From the NCBI GenBank assembly GCA_947474935.1, contig CANJKL010000003.1:13963-77962 (forward strand): a stretch of 64,000 nucleotides of DNA, given 5' to 3'. Source of the DNA: Opitutia bacterium. Its GTDB lineage: Bacteria; Verrucomicrobiota; Verrucomicrobiia; Opitutales; Opitutaceae. The notes beneath the pieces are model-generated. The model saw nothing but the letters and a program-made list of their open reading frames with translations. It did no database searches and had not been told where the DNA came from. A program made the translations under genes and the position numbers. Each line of letters opens with the position of its first letter. The first letter of the stretch is position 1. Below, piece by piece: positions 1 to 9,375 of the stretch.

Positions 1-227
1 CCGAGCCAAACCAAGTGCACGTGATCCGGCATCAAGACGTAGACGGGAGTCGCGAGTTCATGGCGATGGCAGGTGTGCACGAGAAGCTCGCGGAACTGGA
101 GGTGAAACGCCTCGTTCAGCCAACCGGTGGCGCGCCCAGCCATCGTATGAGACCACATCACGAAAGCGCGCCCTTGGTAGAACTCGCGGCCCAGTCGGGG
201 TAGTTTGGATTTCGGAGTGAAGGTCAT
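1..227 (-). mobile_element. REP-associated tyrosine transposase (RAYT, IS200/IS605-like HUH Y1 family), N-terminal part; runs off the left edge
   Basis: Manual translation of the minus strand from ATG at 227: MTFTPKSKLPRLGREFYQGRAFVMWSHTMAGRATGWLNEAFHLQFRELLVHTCHRHELATPVYVLMPDHVHLVWLG, with the HUH motif YVLMPDHVH. Absent from the ORF track because no stop lies in the window. REP hairpins lie immediately upstream. Confidence 0.88.
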
Positions 228-243
228 GGTGACCTTAGGGCTG

Positions 244-270
244 GGTCCCGCCGCTCACGCAGCGGGCTAC
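244..270 (-). repeat. GTAG-family REP hairpin, copy 1
   Basis: Reverse complement reads GTAG-CCCGCTGC-GTGA-GCGGCGGG-ACC (8-bp stem with one G-T, GTGA loop). Confidence 0.85.
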
Positions 271-300
271 GACGTTGTTCGTTACGACTGCCGTCGCGAA

Positions 301-327
301 GGTCCCGCTGCTCACGCGGCGGGCTAC
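301..327 (-). repeat. GTAG-family REP hairpin, copy 2
   Basis: Reverse complement reads GTAG-CCCGCCGC-GTGA-GCAGCGGG-ACC; direct repeat of copy 1 with 2 differences. Confidence 0.85.
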
Positions 328-352
328 AATGCTCTTCCTTACGGCAACCGTC

Positions 353-379
353 GTAGCCCTGCGCGTGAGCGCAGGGACC
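353..379 (+). repeat. GTAG-family REP hairpin, copy 3 (inverted relative to copies 1 and 2)
   Basis: GTAG-CCCTGCGC-GTGA-GCGCAGGG-ACC, perfect 8-bp stem. Confidence 0.85.
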
Positions 380-410
380 GATCGAGAGGGAAGCCACGGA
401 GTCGCGGATC

Positions 411-2738
411 TCACCGGCGGACGGGGTTGGCGAAATCCTGCAGCACGGCCAGCGCATATCGCAGGGCTCCCCGCAGCCGGTGGCCGTCATCCCAGGCAGT
501 CAGCGCGGCGACGAACGTGGTGTCGCTGCGGGCGCGCGTTGGCAGGCGCTGGTAACGCCGTTCCTCATGCAGATACTCCTGCCAGTGCCATTCGAGCGAC
601 GCCTCGACGACGAGATAGTTCAGCCAGACCCACGGCGCGCGCAGCCCGAGCGTGCCGCCCTGCCCGCGTTGAAAGTTCAGATTCATCCGTAGATCGCTCC
701 ACGTTTTCAGCCAGACCGTCTTGACGCTGAACGGGCAGGCGCCGCCGTGCGCGGCGAAGAAATAGCGCGCGGCATTCCCGTTGCGCCAGAAATAGCGCAG
801 CATCGCAGCGAAGGTGTCGCGCCGGTGATCGTGGCGGGCGACCAGGGTGGGCTCGTAGCGCAACCGGTAGCCGGCCGCGGCGATCCGGCGCGTCAAATCG
901 ACATCCTCGCCGTTGGGCAGATCGGGATTGAAGCCGCCACTGCGCTGGTAGGCCTCGGCCCGCACGAGGAACGCGGCGCTGTAAAGCCAGTCGCGTTCGC
1001 CGGCGAGCGGGCTCTGTTGTGCCCAGAAATTCGAAATGTCGGTGAGGCGCTCGAAGAATCGCCCGCTCTTTCCCGGGAGCCGGAATCCGACGGCGCCCAC
1101 CGGCGGCGTGGCGCCGTTGGCGAAGGGCGCGGTCACAAAAAGCTCCAGCAGCCGCGCGTAACAGTCGGGTGCGAGCTCGATGTCGTCGTCGACAAAGAGG
1201 AACCAGTCGCCGGTGGCGCGTTCGACCCCGAGGCAGCGCGTACGCGGCGGGAGCTGGTTGGCGGCCAGCACCACGGGCACGATGGGAAGATGCGGGTGCG
1301 CGCGGGCGACGGCCAGGGCCTCGACGCCGACGAGTACGATTTCCCAGTTGGCTGGCAGGCGTTGCTGACCAACGAGAGCGGCGAGCGTCGGCGCAATCCG
1401 TTCCGGCCGGCCCATGGGAATGATGACGGACAGCCGGGGCTCAACCGACGGCGGGGCGGACGGTGGCGGTGGCGCCAGCAGGCTCTGGATGATCTGCAGG
1501 CGGGCGAAACGATCGGCGTTCAGACTCAGGATTTCCCGCTGCAAACGCTGTTTAACCGCGGTGGTTTCGCCTTCGGGCGCGCCGGCCAGCGGCGTGGCGA
1601 GCGTGACCGCGACGAGCGAAGTGTCGCCGGCGAGCATTTGGTTGGCAGCGGCGACCACGGCTTCCACCGGGATATCCGCCACGCACACCAGCCGGTCCCA
1701 AACGCAATGCCACTGGCATCCGGCACAGGCGATCTCGCTCTGCACGAACTTCACGCGTCCCTCCGATGGGTGGAAGCGTCCGTGTTGCCCGGCGCCGTAA
1801 ATTGCCACCGTGGGCACTCCGAGGCCGGCGGCGAGATGAACGTAGGCGGTGTCGTGGCACAGCAGCAGATCGCTGTGCGAAAGCGCTGCCACGAGCGTGG
1901 CGAGTTCCGTCGCGCTGAAACGCAGGCGCGCCGGTTCCTCGTCGGGCGGCAGGCCGGCAAAATAGGCCGCATCGCCCGGGCCCTCAATCCAGGTAACCCT
2001 CGCGCCGCGGGCGCGCAAGATCGCGGCAACCCGCGCGAAATTCGCGATGCCCCATGCGCGGCGGGAGTCCGCCCCGACGCCCGCCGCGATGAAAATGCGC
2101 GGCGTGGCGGGGAACCCGGAGGACGGCTGCCACGCCACGGACGTCCGCCAAACTGGCACCGGGTCGAGGCCGCCCAAGCGCGGCTCGAGCAGGGCGAGCA
2201 GATCGCGCAGCTGCGCGGCCTCGGAGCGGGTAAACGACGGCGACAGCGTGGCGGTGAAGGTCGGGGCGTTCGGTCCGGCCAGTGCGTCGGCCTCGTTGAC
2301 GAGCGGCTGGCGCGCGGCGTTGGCGGCGAACCCGACCCGCACCGGCGCCGCGGCGACCGCGACGGTCAGGTCGCCCACCCAGTTGCGGTTCACCAACCCG
2401 AGGACCGTGGCGTCCCAGGCTCCGGCCCGAATGAAGTCCGTCCACCATTCGATTCTGCGGCGGAGGTCGGCGCTCCACGCTTCGCCCGGAGAAAGCGGAT
2501 ACGGCACGACGACGAGCGCGCCGCTGTGGGTCGCGAGACGCGCGGCCTCGGTTTCGGGCGCGGCCTCGGTTTGAGGAATGAAAACCGCGGCGCCGATCAG
2601 CGGTGCGAATACCTCCATGCCCGCCCGGACGTGCCACACGATGCGCCAGTCCGGCTGCAAGGGCTGCAGCGCTTGCACGATTCCGGCGGCGATGAACTGG
2701 TCGCCGAGCGAGTCCGGCTTGGAAAGCAGCAGCCTCAT
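411..2738 (-). CDS. Bifunctional glycosyltransferase: N-terminal GT9 (heptosyltransferase-like) fused to C-terminal GT2
   Basis: GT9-like motifs LGDQF and LLLCHDTAYVHLAAGLGVPTVAIYG; GT2 motifs LSVIIP, FLFVDDD and GGFNPDLPNGEDVDL. Confidence 0.8.
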   Translation of the reverse strand: MRLLLSKPDSLGDQFIAAGIVQALQPLQPDWRIVWHVRAGMEVFAPLIGAAVFIPQTEAAPETEAARLATHSGALVVVPYPLSPGEAWSADLRRRIEWWTDFIRAGAWDATVLGLVNRNWVGDLTVAVAAAPVRVGFAANAARQPLVNEADALAGPNAPTFTATLSPSFTRSEAAQLRDLLALLEPRLGGLDPVPVWRTSVAWQPSSGFPATPRIFIAAGVGADSRRAWGIANFARVAAILRARGARVTWIEGPGDAAYFAGLPPDEEPARLRFSATELATLVAALSHSDLLLCHDTAYVHLAAGLGVPTVAIYGAGQHGRFHPSEGRVKFVQSEIACAGCQWHCVWDRLVCVADIPVEAVVAAANQMLAGDTSLVAVTLATPLAGAPEGETTAVKQRLQREILSLNADRFARLQIIQSLLAPPPPSAPPSVEPRLSVIIPMGRPERIAPTLAALVGQQRLPANWEIVLVGVEALAVARAHPHLPIVPVVLAANQLPPRTRCLGVERATGDWFLFVDDDIELAPDCYARLLELFVTAPFANGATPPVGAVGFRLPGKSGRFFERLTDISNFWAQQSPLAGERDWLYSAAFLVRAEAYQRSGGFNPDLPNGEDVDLTRRIAAAGYRLRYEPTLVARHDHRRDTFAAMLRYFWRNGNAARYFFAAHGGACPFSVKTVWLKTWSDLRMNLNFQRGQGGTLGLRAPWVWLNYLVVEASLEWHWQEYLHEERRYQRLPTRARSDTTFVAALTAWDDGHRLRGALRYALAVLQDFANPVRR

Positions 2739-2775
2739 ACGCGTGCGGTGCGGGCCGGGCGGGGGAAGAATGCGA

Positions 2776-4317
2776 TTAACCGGTCCACGGGAAAAATCGG
2801 CGCCAGCCGGTGGCCGCGCGTTTTTGCAGCAGCGCCGCTCCCGTCACGTAGTTGTGATGCGGCGCGGTCTGCCGATGCCACCGGAGGAAGGGCGGGATAT
2901 CCTCGAGATTCCATTCGGGCGCGGCCCGCCGGCCGAATGCGGGCTGATTCCAAATCGAGCTTTCGAATTCGCCCATCGTCAGCGCGCGGCCGTTCCACTC
3001 GGGAAACGTCATGCCGAGCGACGGTTCGCAGATGTCGAACGAGAGGCCAAACCGGCCGCCCGGTTTGAGGACGCGGCCGATTTCCGCGGCGGCAAGCGCC
3101 TTGTCGGTCTGGTGCTCGATGACGGAGAAACTGGTGACCACATCGAACGTGTCCTTGGGAAACGGCAGGCGGCACGAGTCGACGATCTGCCAGTCGACCG
3201 CGACGGCGCCGAGCGCGCGCCGGACGGCTGCCCACTGCTCGATCCAATTGCGGCCGGTCTCGATCAACGTCACGTTGGCGCCCTTGGTGGCGAGCCACCA
3301 GGGAAAGGGCGACTGTTCGGACCCGAGATCGAGCACGCGCTTACCGCGCCAGTCGATCGCGCTCAGGCCGTGGTGCCAGAGCCACGGATACTCCCAGAGC
3401 TTGGACCAGTTGGTGAACTGCCGGAGGCCGAGCGGCGCGGCGAAGGCGTTGAGTTCGTCGATGAAGCCGGTCCAGGCCGGCGAAAACATCTCCGGGAGAT
3501 TGGCGAGATGGCGGACGGGGCGGGCGGGCCGGTCGAGCCGGCGGGCGATCACGATCTCGTGCGCGCGGCGCCAGGCGGCGTTGTTTTCGAGCACCTCGAA
3601 TTCCGCGGTTTCGAGCAGGGTCGCGACCGCTTCGCGCGAATAGATGAAAACGTGTTCCTGCGGATCGAAGACCTTTTCGGTCATGTGGCCGAAGTCGGGC
3701 TGGGCCGCTTCCATCAGGGGCAATTGCAGGAAGATCAGGCCGCCGGGCCGCAGCGATGTACGCGCCGCCTGCAGGAAGCGCAACGGATCGGGAACGTGTT
3801 CGAGCACGTCGCACGCCACGAACAGGTCGCAGGCCGGGGCGGGCGTGTCGGGAAATACGCCGGCGCGCACATCCAGGCCGGTGCGTTCGCGGACGCCCGC
3901 CGCGGTTTGGGCGTCGGGTTCGATGCCGACGGTGGTCCAGCCCAGCTTCCGCAGGTGGAGCAACATCGTGCCTTCGGCGCAGCCGGCTTCGACCGCGGTG
4001 CCGCGTTGGGTGCCGGCGTGGCGTGCGATCGCATCGATCCAGCATTGCACGCGGCCGTCGGCCTCGAGCAATTGCTGGCGCTCCCAAAGGGTGGGGTGCT
4101 GCTTGCTCTGCTGGCGCTGCTGCCAGTAGCCCTCGTAGCTGTAGAATTTTTCGATGCAGTCGGGCTTGAGCCGGCGCGACGCGAAATGGGCGCCGCAGCG
4201 CGGGCAGACGCGGTAGTGAGGGGAGTGCGGGCTGACCGTTTCGCTCCGGCCGCCGCACCAGCATCGTTCGGCCGTTTCGAACCAGGCCTCGTCGACGGAC
4301 TGGAGGACGGCGTTCAC
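2776..4317 (-). CDS. Tandem class I SAM-dependent methyltransferase (two domains)
   Basis: Two motif-I sites (VEAGCAEG, VLDLGSEQ) and post-II motifs (CDVLEHV, FSVIEH). Start placed at GTG 4317, overlapping the upstream stop (GTGA), not at the ORF-track start 4470. Confidence 0.8.
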   Translation of the reverse strand: MNAVLQSVDEAWFETAERCWCGGRSETVSPHSPHYRVCPRCGAHFASRRLKPDCIEKFYSYEGYWQQRQQSKQHPTLWERQQLLEADGRVQCWIDAIARHAGTQRGTAVEAGCAEGTMLLHLRKLGWTTVGIEPDAQTAAGVRERTGLDVRAGVFPDTPAPACDLFVACDVLEHVPDPLRFLQAARTSLRPGGLIFLQLPLMEAAQPDFGHMTEKVFDPQEHVFIYSREAVATLLETAEFEVLENNAAWRRAHEIVIARRLDRPARPVRHLANLPEMFSPAWTGFIDELNAFAAPLGLRQFTNWSKLWEYPWLWHHGLSAIDWRGKRVLDLGSEQSPFPWWLATKGANVTLIETGRNWIEQWAAVRRALGAVAVDWQIVDSCRLPFPKDTFDVVTSFSVIEHQTDKALAAAEIGRVLKPGGRFGLSFDICEPSLGMTFPEWNGRALTMGEFESSIWNQPAFGRRAAPEWNLEDIPPFLRWHRQTAPHHNYVTGAALLQKRAATGWRRFFPWTG

Positions 4318-5045
4318 GGGGTCGGGGGATAGCCGTAGCGGCTGAAATCGCCGGGATCGGCCAGCGTCAGATCGGCCTGCCAGCCGGCGTCGGTGCTCCA
4401 TTGGGCGTTGTTGCCCGTCCGATAAAAGGTGCGCGCACCTTCCCGGGTCATGCGATCGAAGTCGGTCCACCAGTGGACGAACGCCGGCGAGAGTTTGGGC
4501 TGTACGCCGACAAAGGCCGCGAGGCCCTGCAGGACGGCGGGATCTTTTTTCAATTCCTCGAAGCGGATCAGGAAAGTGCGCGCCGGGTTGGCCGCCTGCA
4601 CGGCCAGCGCCTGGTCATAGAACTCCCGATACTGGCGGTAGGCGTCACGCAGCCAGGCGACGCGGTCGGGAACCTTGGCGCCCCAGCGCTCGGTGGCGGT
4701 GTGATACCAACTGTAGATCGTGGGGTGGGGATCGCGGATGAGGATGATCGCGGGCCAGTCGCCCCGGGCGGGCGCGCCATGCACGCCCTGCGGGGCGGCA
4801 TTGATGTAGACCGGTTGATGCGGCACGCCGTCCTCGCGCAACCGGAGAACATAGAAGGCGTGCGGGTTGAGCTCGTCGGCGCGCTGCTTGGCCTCCGGAT
4901 GATCGACGAAGTCGTTCGGATAGAAAACGAGGTCGAACAGCCCGGTGAAGCAGGCCCAGAGATAGTGGCTACCCGTGCGCGGGAACGCGTAGTAGTCGCA
5001 GCGCACCGCGAGTCGCGTGCCGAAATGATAGCTTTCCGGGCTCAT
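4314..5045 (-). CDS. Sulfotransferase domain protein
   Basis: 5'-PAPS-binding loop AFPRTGSHYL and 3'-PB motif IILIRDPHPTIYSWY, later FLIRFEEL. ATG at 5045 overlaps the upstream stop (ATGA). Confidence 0.75.
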   Translation of the reverse strand: MSPESYHFGTRLAVRCDYYAFPRTGSHYLWACFTGLFDLVFYPNDFVDHPEAKQRADELNPHAFYVLRLREDGVPHQPVYINAAPQGVHGAPARGDWPAIILIRDPHPTIYSWYHTATERWGAKVPDRVAWLRDAYRQYREFYDQALAVQAANPARTFLIRFEELKKDPAVLQGLAAFVGVQPKLSPAFVHWWTDFDRMTREGARTFYRTGNNAQWSTDAGWQADLTLADPGDFSRYGYPPTP

Positions 5046-5659
5046 AGGATGGAATAGCGCGGGGCCTCGCCGAACTCGGCGCAAACGAAAAAGCTCTCCA
5101 TCGCGTCGGGACCGTCGTCGCTGCCGACGATCCGGCCGGCAAGGCGGGTCAGGGTGGACTTGATGATCTCGGGGGTGGGCGCCCATTTATGACCATCACC
5201 CACGAAGGGCGATCCCGGCCGCCAGATGCCGCAGGTCTGGTGGGGCAGATAGAGGAACAACCGGCCCCCGGGCTTCAGTTTGCCAATCCATTCGCGCAGT
5301 GCGGTCTCCCACGCCGCGATGTGCTCCAGACAGTGGGAGCTGAAAACGAAATCCTGCGAGCCCGCGGGAAAATCTGCCAGCGTGCGGCCGGCCCCGGGAC
5401 CGCGCTCCAGATCGACCGCGACGGCGCCCCGCAGCGGCCAGAGTCCGGCCCCGACATCGAGGCCGTTGCCGGTGCAATACTTCAGCGCGGTGCGTTGAAT
5501 CGCGAACGAGGCTCCGCCGACAAAAAGATAGTCGGGATAGAAACGGTTCTCGAATCTCCAGCCACCGGGTTCGCGCTCGACCGAGGGGAACGAAAGCCAG
5601 GTGCGGTAGGCGTGGAAGAGGTCGGGAGCGTGAGGATAGTTCTCGAGCGGAATCATCAA
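5042..5659 (-). CDS. Class I SAM-dependent methyltransferase
   Basis: GLDVGAG motif I; QDFVFSSHCLEH; LKPGG. Confidence 0.8.
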   Translation of the reverse strand: MMIPLENYPHAPDLFHAYRTWLSFPSVEREPGGWRFENRFYPDYLFVGGASFAIQRTALKYCTGNGLDVGAGLWPLRGAVAVDLERGPGAGRTLADFPAGSQDFVFSSHCLEHIAAWETALREWIGKLKPGGRLFLYLPHQTCGIWRPGSPFVGDGHKWAPTPEIIKSTLTRLAGRIVGSDDGPDAMESFFVCAEFGEAPRYSIL

Positions 5660-5793
5660 AAGGGACGGTGGCCGTCCGGAAGAGAGCTATCGCACCGGAA
5701 GGCGCCGGGAGGTTCAAGTCGCATTTACCGCCGGTGCCCGTGGCGCGCTGAATCCAACCGTTTGGTTGCCAAAAACCGCCGGCGGACAGCGGT

Positions 5794-6624
5794 TCAAATC
5801 ACATCCGCAAACGCCGGCCGGAGTTTGCGGAACGTGAAGTGGCCGATCAGATAAATCACGATCCCGCAGGCCCACAGGTAGACGATCTTTTTGATTTCGG
5901 GCGACTGATGGAAGAGGACGGCGTTGCGCGCGCTGACCACGGCCTGCAGGAGCGGATTGGCGAATAGGATTTTTTGCGCCCAGAGGGGCGCATCGAGGAG
6001 CCGTGACGTCGGGTAGAATACGGCGCTCATGAACATGAGAATCTGCATGACGAACGGCATCACGTTCGCGATGTCGCGGATGAACACGCCCAGTGCGGAG
6101 AAAAACCACGCGCAGCCGAACGCGATCATGGCGATGGGTGGCACGATGGCGAAAAGCCAGAGTGCATGCCGGTCGAGCCCGGGGCCGATGATCGCGATGC
6201 CGGTCAGCGCGAGCGCAAGGCTGATACCGGCCGAGAACGCCGCCGCGCCGACGGTTGAGGCGGGCAGCACCTCCAGGGGAAAGACGACCTTTTTCACGAA
6301 GTTGGGCTGCGTGACGATTGTCAGCGGGCTCTGGGACAGTACTTCGCTAAGAAAATTGAAAAGGATGAGCCCGAGAAAGGCGGCGAGCGCGTAGTCGAGG
6401 GTGGTTTCCGTTTTCGAATCCGTGAAGCGACCCGTAAACACGAAGCCGAAGATGAAGGTGTAGATCGAGAGCGAGATCATCGGCGCCAGCACGGCCCAAA
6501 AGAGGCCGAGGAAACTGCCCCGATGGCGTGCCTCGATGGCCCGGCGCGCGAACTGCCGCAGCAGGCCGCTGTGGCGGTGCAGCTGCACAAACGGCGTGAG
6601 CGGGTTCCAGGCGGACGCGTTCAT
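5794..6624 (-). CDS. wzm: ABC-2 polysaccharide export permease (Wzm)
   Basis: [41 protein letters not shown]; six hydrophobic segments. Confidence 0.88.
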   Translation of the reverse strand: MNASAWNPLTPFVQLHRHSGLLRQFARRAIEARHRGSFLGLFWAVLAPMISLSIYTFIFGFVFTGRFTDSKTETTLDYALAAFLGLILFNFLSEVLSQSPLTIVTQPNFVKKVVFPLEVLPASTVGAAAFSAGISLALALTGIAIIGPGLDRHALWLFAIVPPIAMIAFGCAWFFSALGVFIRDIANVMPFVMQILMFMSAVFYPTSRLLDAPLWAQKILFANPLLQAVVSARNAVLFHQSPEIKKIVYLWACGIVIYLIGHFTFRKLRPAFADVI

Positions 6625-7742
6625 GCGGGCCGGGGGAGTGCGGCAAAGAACGTCCGGATCGCGAGACAGACGTGATCGATCTGCTCTGCCGTCAGGTGCG
6701 GGCCGATCGGGAGGCTGAGCACCTCACCGGCCAGCTGTTCGGCGAGGGGAAAATCCCCGCATTTCCAGCCCGCCGGGCGATAAGCGTTCGAGAGATGGGG
6801 TGGAATGGGGTAGTGAATCTGCGTCCCCACGCCCTGGGCGGTGAGATGCGCTTGCAGCGCGTCGCGGTGCGCGGTCCGAATGACGAAAAGATGCCACACC
6901 GGTTCGGCCGACGCCGGCACGAACGGCAGCACGAGATCGCCTACGCCCTCGAGTTGGGCGAAATAGCGGGCGGCGAGGGCGACGCGGCGGGCGTTCCAGG
7001 CGGCGAGGTGCGGAAGCTTCGCGCGCAGGAACGCCGCCTGCAGCTCGCTGAGGCGCGAGTTGAGGCCGAGGTATTCGTTGTGATATCGGACCTTGGAACC
7101 GTAGTTGCGCAGGTGGCGGACCTTGTCGGCAAGGGCGTCGTCACTGGTGGTGACAGCACCGGCATCCGCGAGCGCGCCGAGGTTCTTGCTTGGGTAGAAA
7201 CTGACCCCCGCGGCGTTGCCCAGGGCACCGGCGGCGCGGCCGTGGCAGCGGGCGCCGTGGGATTGCGCGGCGTCTTCCAAGACAAAGAGGCCATGGCGCC
7301 GGGCGATGGCGTTGATCGCCTCCATCTCGGCAGTCTGGCCGTAGAGATGAATCGGCAGAATTGCCTTCGTGCGCGCCGTGATGAGTGCTTCCAGCCGGGA
7401 CGGATCGAGATTGTAGGTGCGCGGATCGGGCTCGCAGGGAACCGGCCGCGCGCCGGTGTGGGTGACCGCCAGCCACGTGGCGATGTAGCCGTGAGAGGGA
7501 ACGATGACCTCGTCGCCGGGGTTCAGGTCCAGCGCCATCAGTACGAGTTGCATGGCTTCAAGGCCGTTGGCCACGCCGATGCAGTGTTTCGCCCCGACGC
7601 TCCGGGCGTACTCGGATTCGAAGGCTTCCAGCTCCCGCCCGAGCAGGAGCCAGCCCGACTCCATGACGCGGTGATAGGCGGCGTCGAGCTCGGTGCGGAG
7701 CTCATCGTAGGCGGGCTTGAGGTCGAGGATCGGGACTTGCAT
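6621..7742 (-). CDS. DegT/DnrJ/EryC1/StrS-family NDP-sugar aminotransferase (FdtB-like)
   Basis: [38 protein letters not shown] (PLP lysine), GLNSRL. Start placed at MQVPILDL (7742). Confidence 0.92.
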   Translation of the reverse strand: MQVPILDLKPAYDELRTELDAAYHRVMESGWLLLGRELEAFESEYARSVGAKHCIGVANGLEAMQLVLMALDLNPGDEVIVPSHGYIATWLAVTHTGARPVPCEPDPRTYNLDPSRLEALITARTKAILPIHLYGQTAEMEAINAIARRHGLFVLEDAAQSHGARCHGRAAGALGNAAGVSFYPSKNLGALADAGAVTTSDDALADKVRHLRNYGSKVRYHNEYLGLNSRLSELQAAFLRAKLPHLAAWNARRVALAARYFAQLEGVGDLVLPFVPASAEPVWHLFVIRTAHRDALQAHLTAQGVGTQIHYPIPPHLSNAYRPAGWKCGDFPLAEQLAGEVLSLPIGPHLTAEQIDHVCLAIRTFFAALPRPA

Positions 7743-7780
7743 GACGCGGAGCGGAGGAGAATCAGGAAATCCGCGAAAAC

Positions 7781-9199
7781 TCACACGAATTTAATCTTTC
7801 GGGCGGCAAACATCACCATGCGCAGCAGCAGCCAGCCGTGGCGCCAGCGCTGAATGTTGGTCGTGCCGTAGGTGCGCTCGCGGTAGCGGATCGGCACGTC
7901 GGCGACTTCAAGGTTCAGTTTCGCGGCGCCAAACAGCAGGTCGAAATCGCCGAAGGGATCGAAATCGCCGAAGTAGCCGCGGTTGGCGGCGATCCGTTCG
8001 TAGTGCGCCCGCGAAAGCACCTTGGTGCCGCAAAGCGTGTCCTTTACCGGCTGACCCAGGAGCCAGGTGAAGATGAGCCCGAAGGCCTTGTTCGCGCACA
8101 GATTCAGAAACTGCATCGCCTCTTCCTCCATCGGGTACACCAGTCGGACCCCATTGGCGAATTCGGCGCGACCGCTCGCGATGACGTCGTAGAATTTCGG
8201 CAATTCCTCGGGCGGCATCGTGAGATCGGCATCGAGGATCATCAAGACGTCGCCGGTCGCGACGGCGAAACCCGCGCGCACGGCGTCGCCCTTGCCGCGT
8301 CCGGTTTGCTGGAGGATTTTTATCCGGCGGTGAGGGTTCTGGGCGGCGACCTGCTGGATGGCGGCCCACGTTTCGTCGCGGGAATGGCCTTCGACGAAAA
8401 TCAGCTCGGTGCCGGCGCCCATTTCCGGGGTGCGGGCGACGGCAGCCGGGATGTTGCCCGCTTCGTTGCGGGCGGGGATGACGACTGAAACGCGGAGCGG
8501 CTGCGGGGCGGCGCGCGGCCGGCGGGCCACGATGAAGACCGTGAGGCAGAACCACTGGAGCAACGGTCCGAACCAGCGATTGACCCAAGATCCAAGGCCG
8601 AGCACGGCAAACGGGATCAGGATCCGGTTGTGCCGAAAGACCGGGCTCCAGCCGGCGAGATGTAGCAGGTTCAGCACGTCGGAGGCCGCCAGCCAGCTGT
8701 TCTGCGGCTGGGGCGCCTTGAGACCGACCCAGCGGGCCAGCGTCAGCAACGGACGCCAGAGCGTATTCTGAAAATTGAGGATCAGCCGGGTGTCGGCATG
8801 GGCGACGGCATGCAGTCGTTCGAGCAGGCGCTGCACGTCGGCGGCGAGATTCAGGGTGTCGGAAACGATGATGATATCGAAGGTGCGGTCCAGTTCGAGC
8901 AGTTCGCCGGTCTGCGCGAAAAACTCGGCCTCCGGCACGCGTTGCCGGGCGGCTTCGATTTGTCGGGACGAGAGGTCGATCCCGGTCTTTTGCTTCGCCC
9001 GCAGCCGGGCGAGGAGTTCGCCGGAGCCGCAGCCGACTTCGAGCACGGTCGCGTCGGGCGGAATCAGGAGATTGTAATAGTGGGCGAGCAGTCCCCGGTA
9101 GCTGCGGGCGCCGGCCTGGGCCTCCACCGGCGCGCTGTCGTAGAACGCCCGGACCTGGTCGAGGTGTTCAAGGGCGAGGGAGGAAATGGCGGGTGACAT
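7781..9199 (-). CDS. Methyltransferase-GT2 glycosyltransferase fusion
   Basis: N-terminal VLEVGCGSG; C-terminal [27 protein letters not shown]. Start placed at ATG 9199. Confidence 0.82.
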   Translation of the reverse strand: MSPAISSLALEHLDQVRAFYDSAPVEAQAGARSYRGLLAHYYNLLIPPDATVLEVGCGSGELLARLRAKQKTGIDLSSRQIEAARQRVPEAEFFAQTGELLELDRTFDIIIVSDTLNLAADVQRLLERLHAVAHADTRLILNFQNTLWRPLLTLARWVGLKAPQPQNSWLAASDVLNLLHLAGWSPVFRHNRILIPFAVLGLGSWVNRWFGPLLQWFCLTVFIVARRPRAAPQPLRVSVVIPARNEAGNIPAAVARTPEMGAGTELIFVEGHSRDETWAAIQQVAAQNPHRRIKILQQTGRGKGDAVRAGFAVATGDVLMILDADLTMPPEELPKFYDVIASGRAEFANGVRLVYPMEEEAMQFLNLCANKAFGLIFTWLLGQPVKDTLCGTKVLSRAHYERIAANRGYFGDFDPFGDFDLLFGAAKLNLEVADVPIRYRERTYGTTNIQRWRHGWLLLRMVMFAARKIKFV

Positions 9200-9375
9200 G
9201 AAGCGGGAGGCGCGCGCGGCGTAACACCACGGCCGGTCGGACATTGAGTTGACGGGAAGCGTTGTTGGGTTTTCGCCCCGCGAAAACTCAATTTATTGGA
9301 TATTTGGGCCGCAATAAGCTTTGCAATCGCCGTGGACATCCCGCGGGCTCACCCTTCAATTTTACGCGCCGATTC

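Noticed and set aside
15-203. Plus-strand 62-aa ORF
   Set aside because: Antisense shadow of the RAYT on the minus strand.
244-379. CRISPR array
   Set aside because: Only three units, one inverted, no cas genes, adjacent to a RAYT; these are REPs.
747-4332. Long plus-strand ORFs 747..3068 and 2578..4332
   Set aside because: Antisense to motif-bearing GT and MTase genes; typical GC-rich shadow frames with no recognisable motifs.
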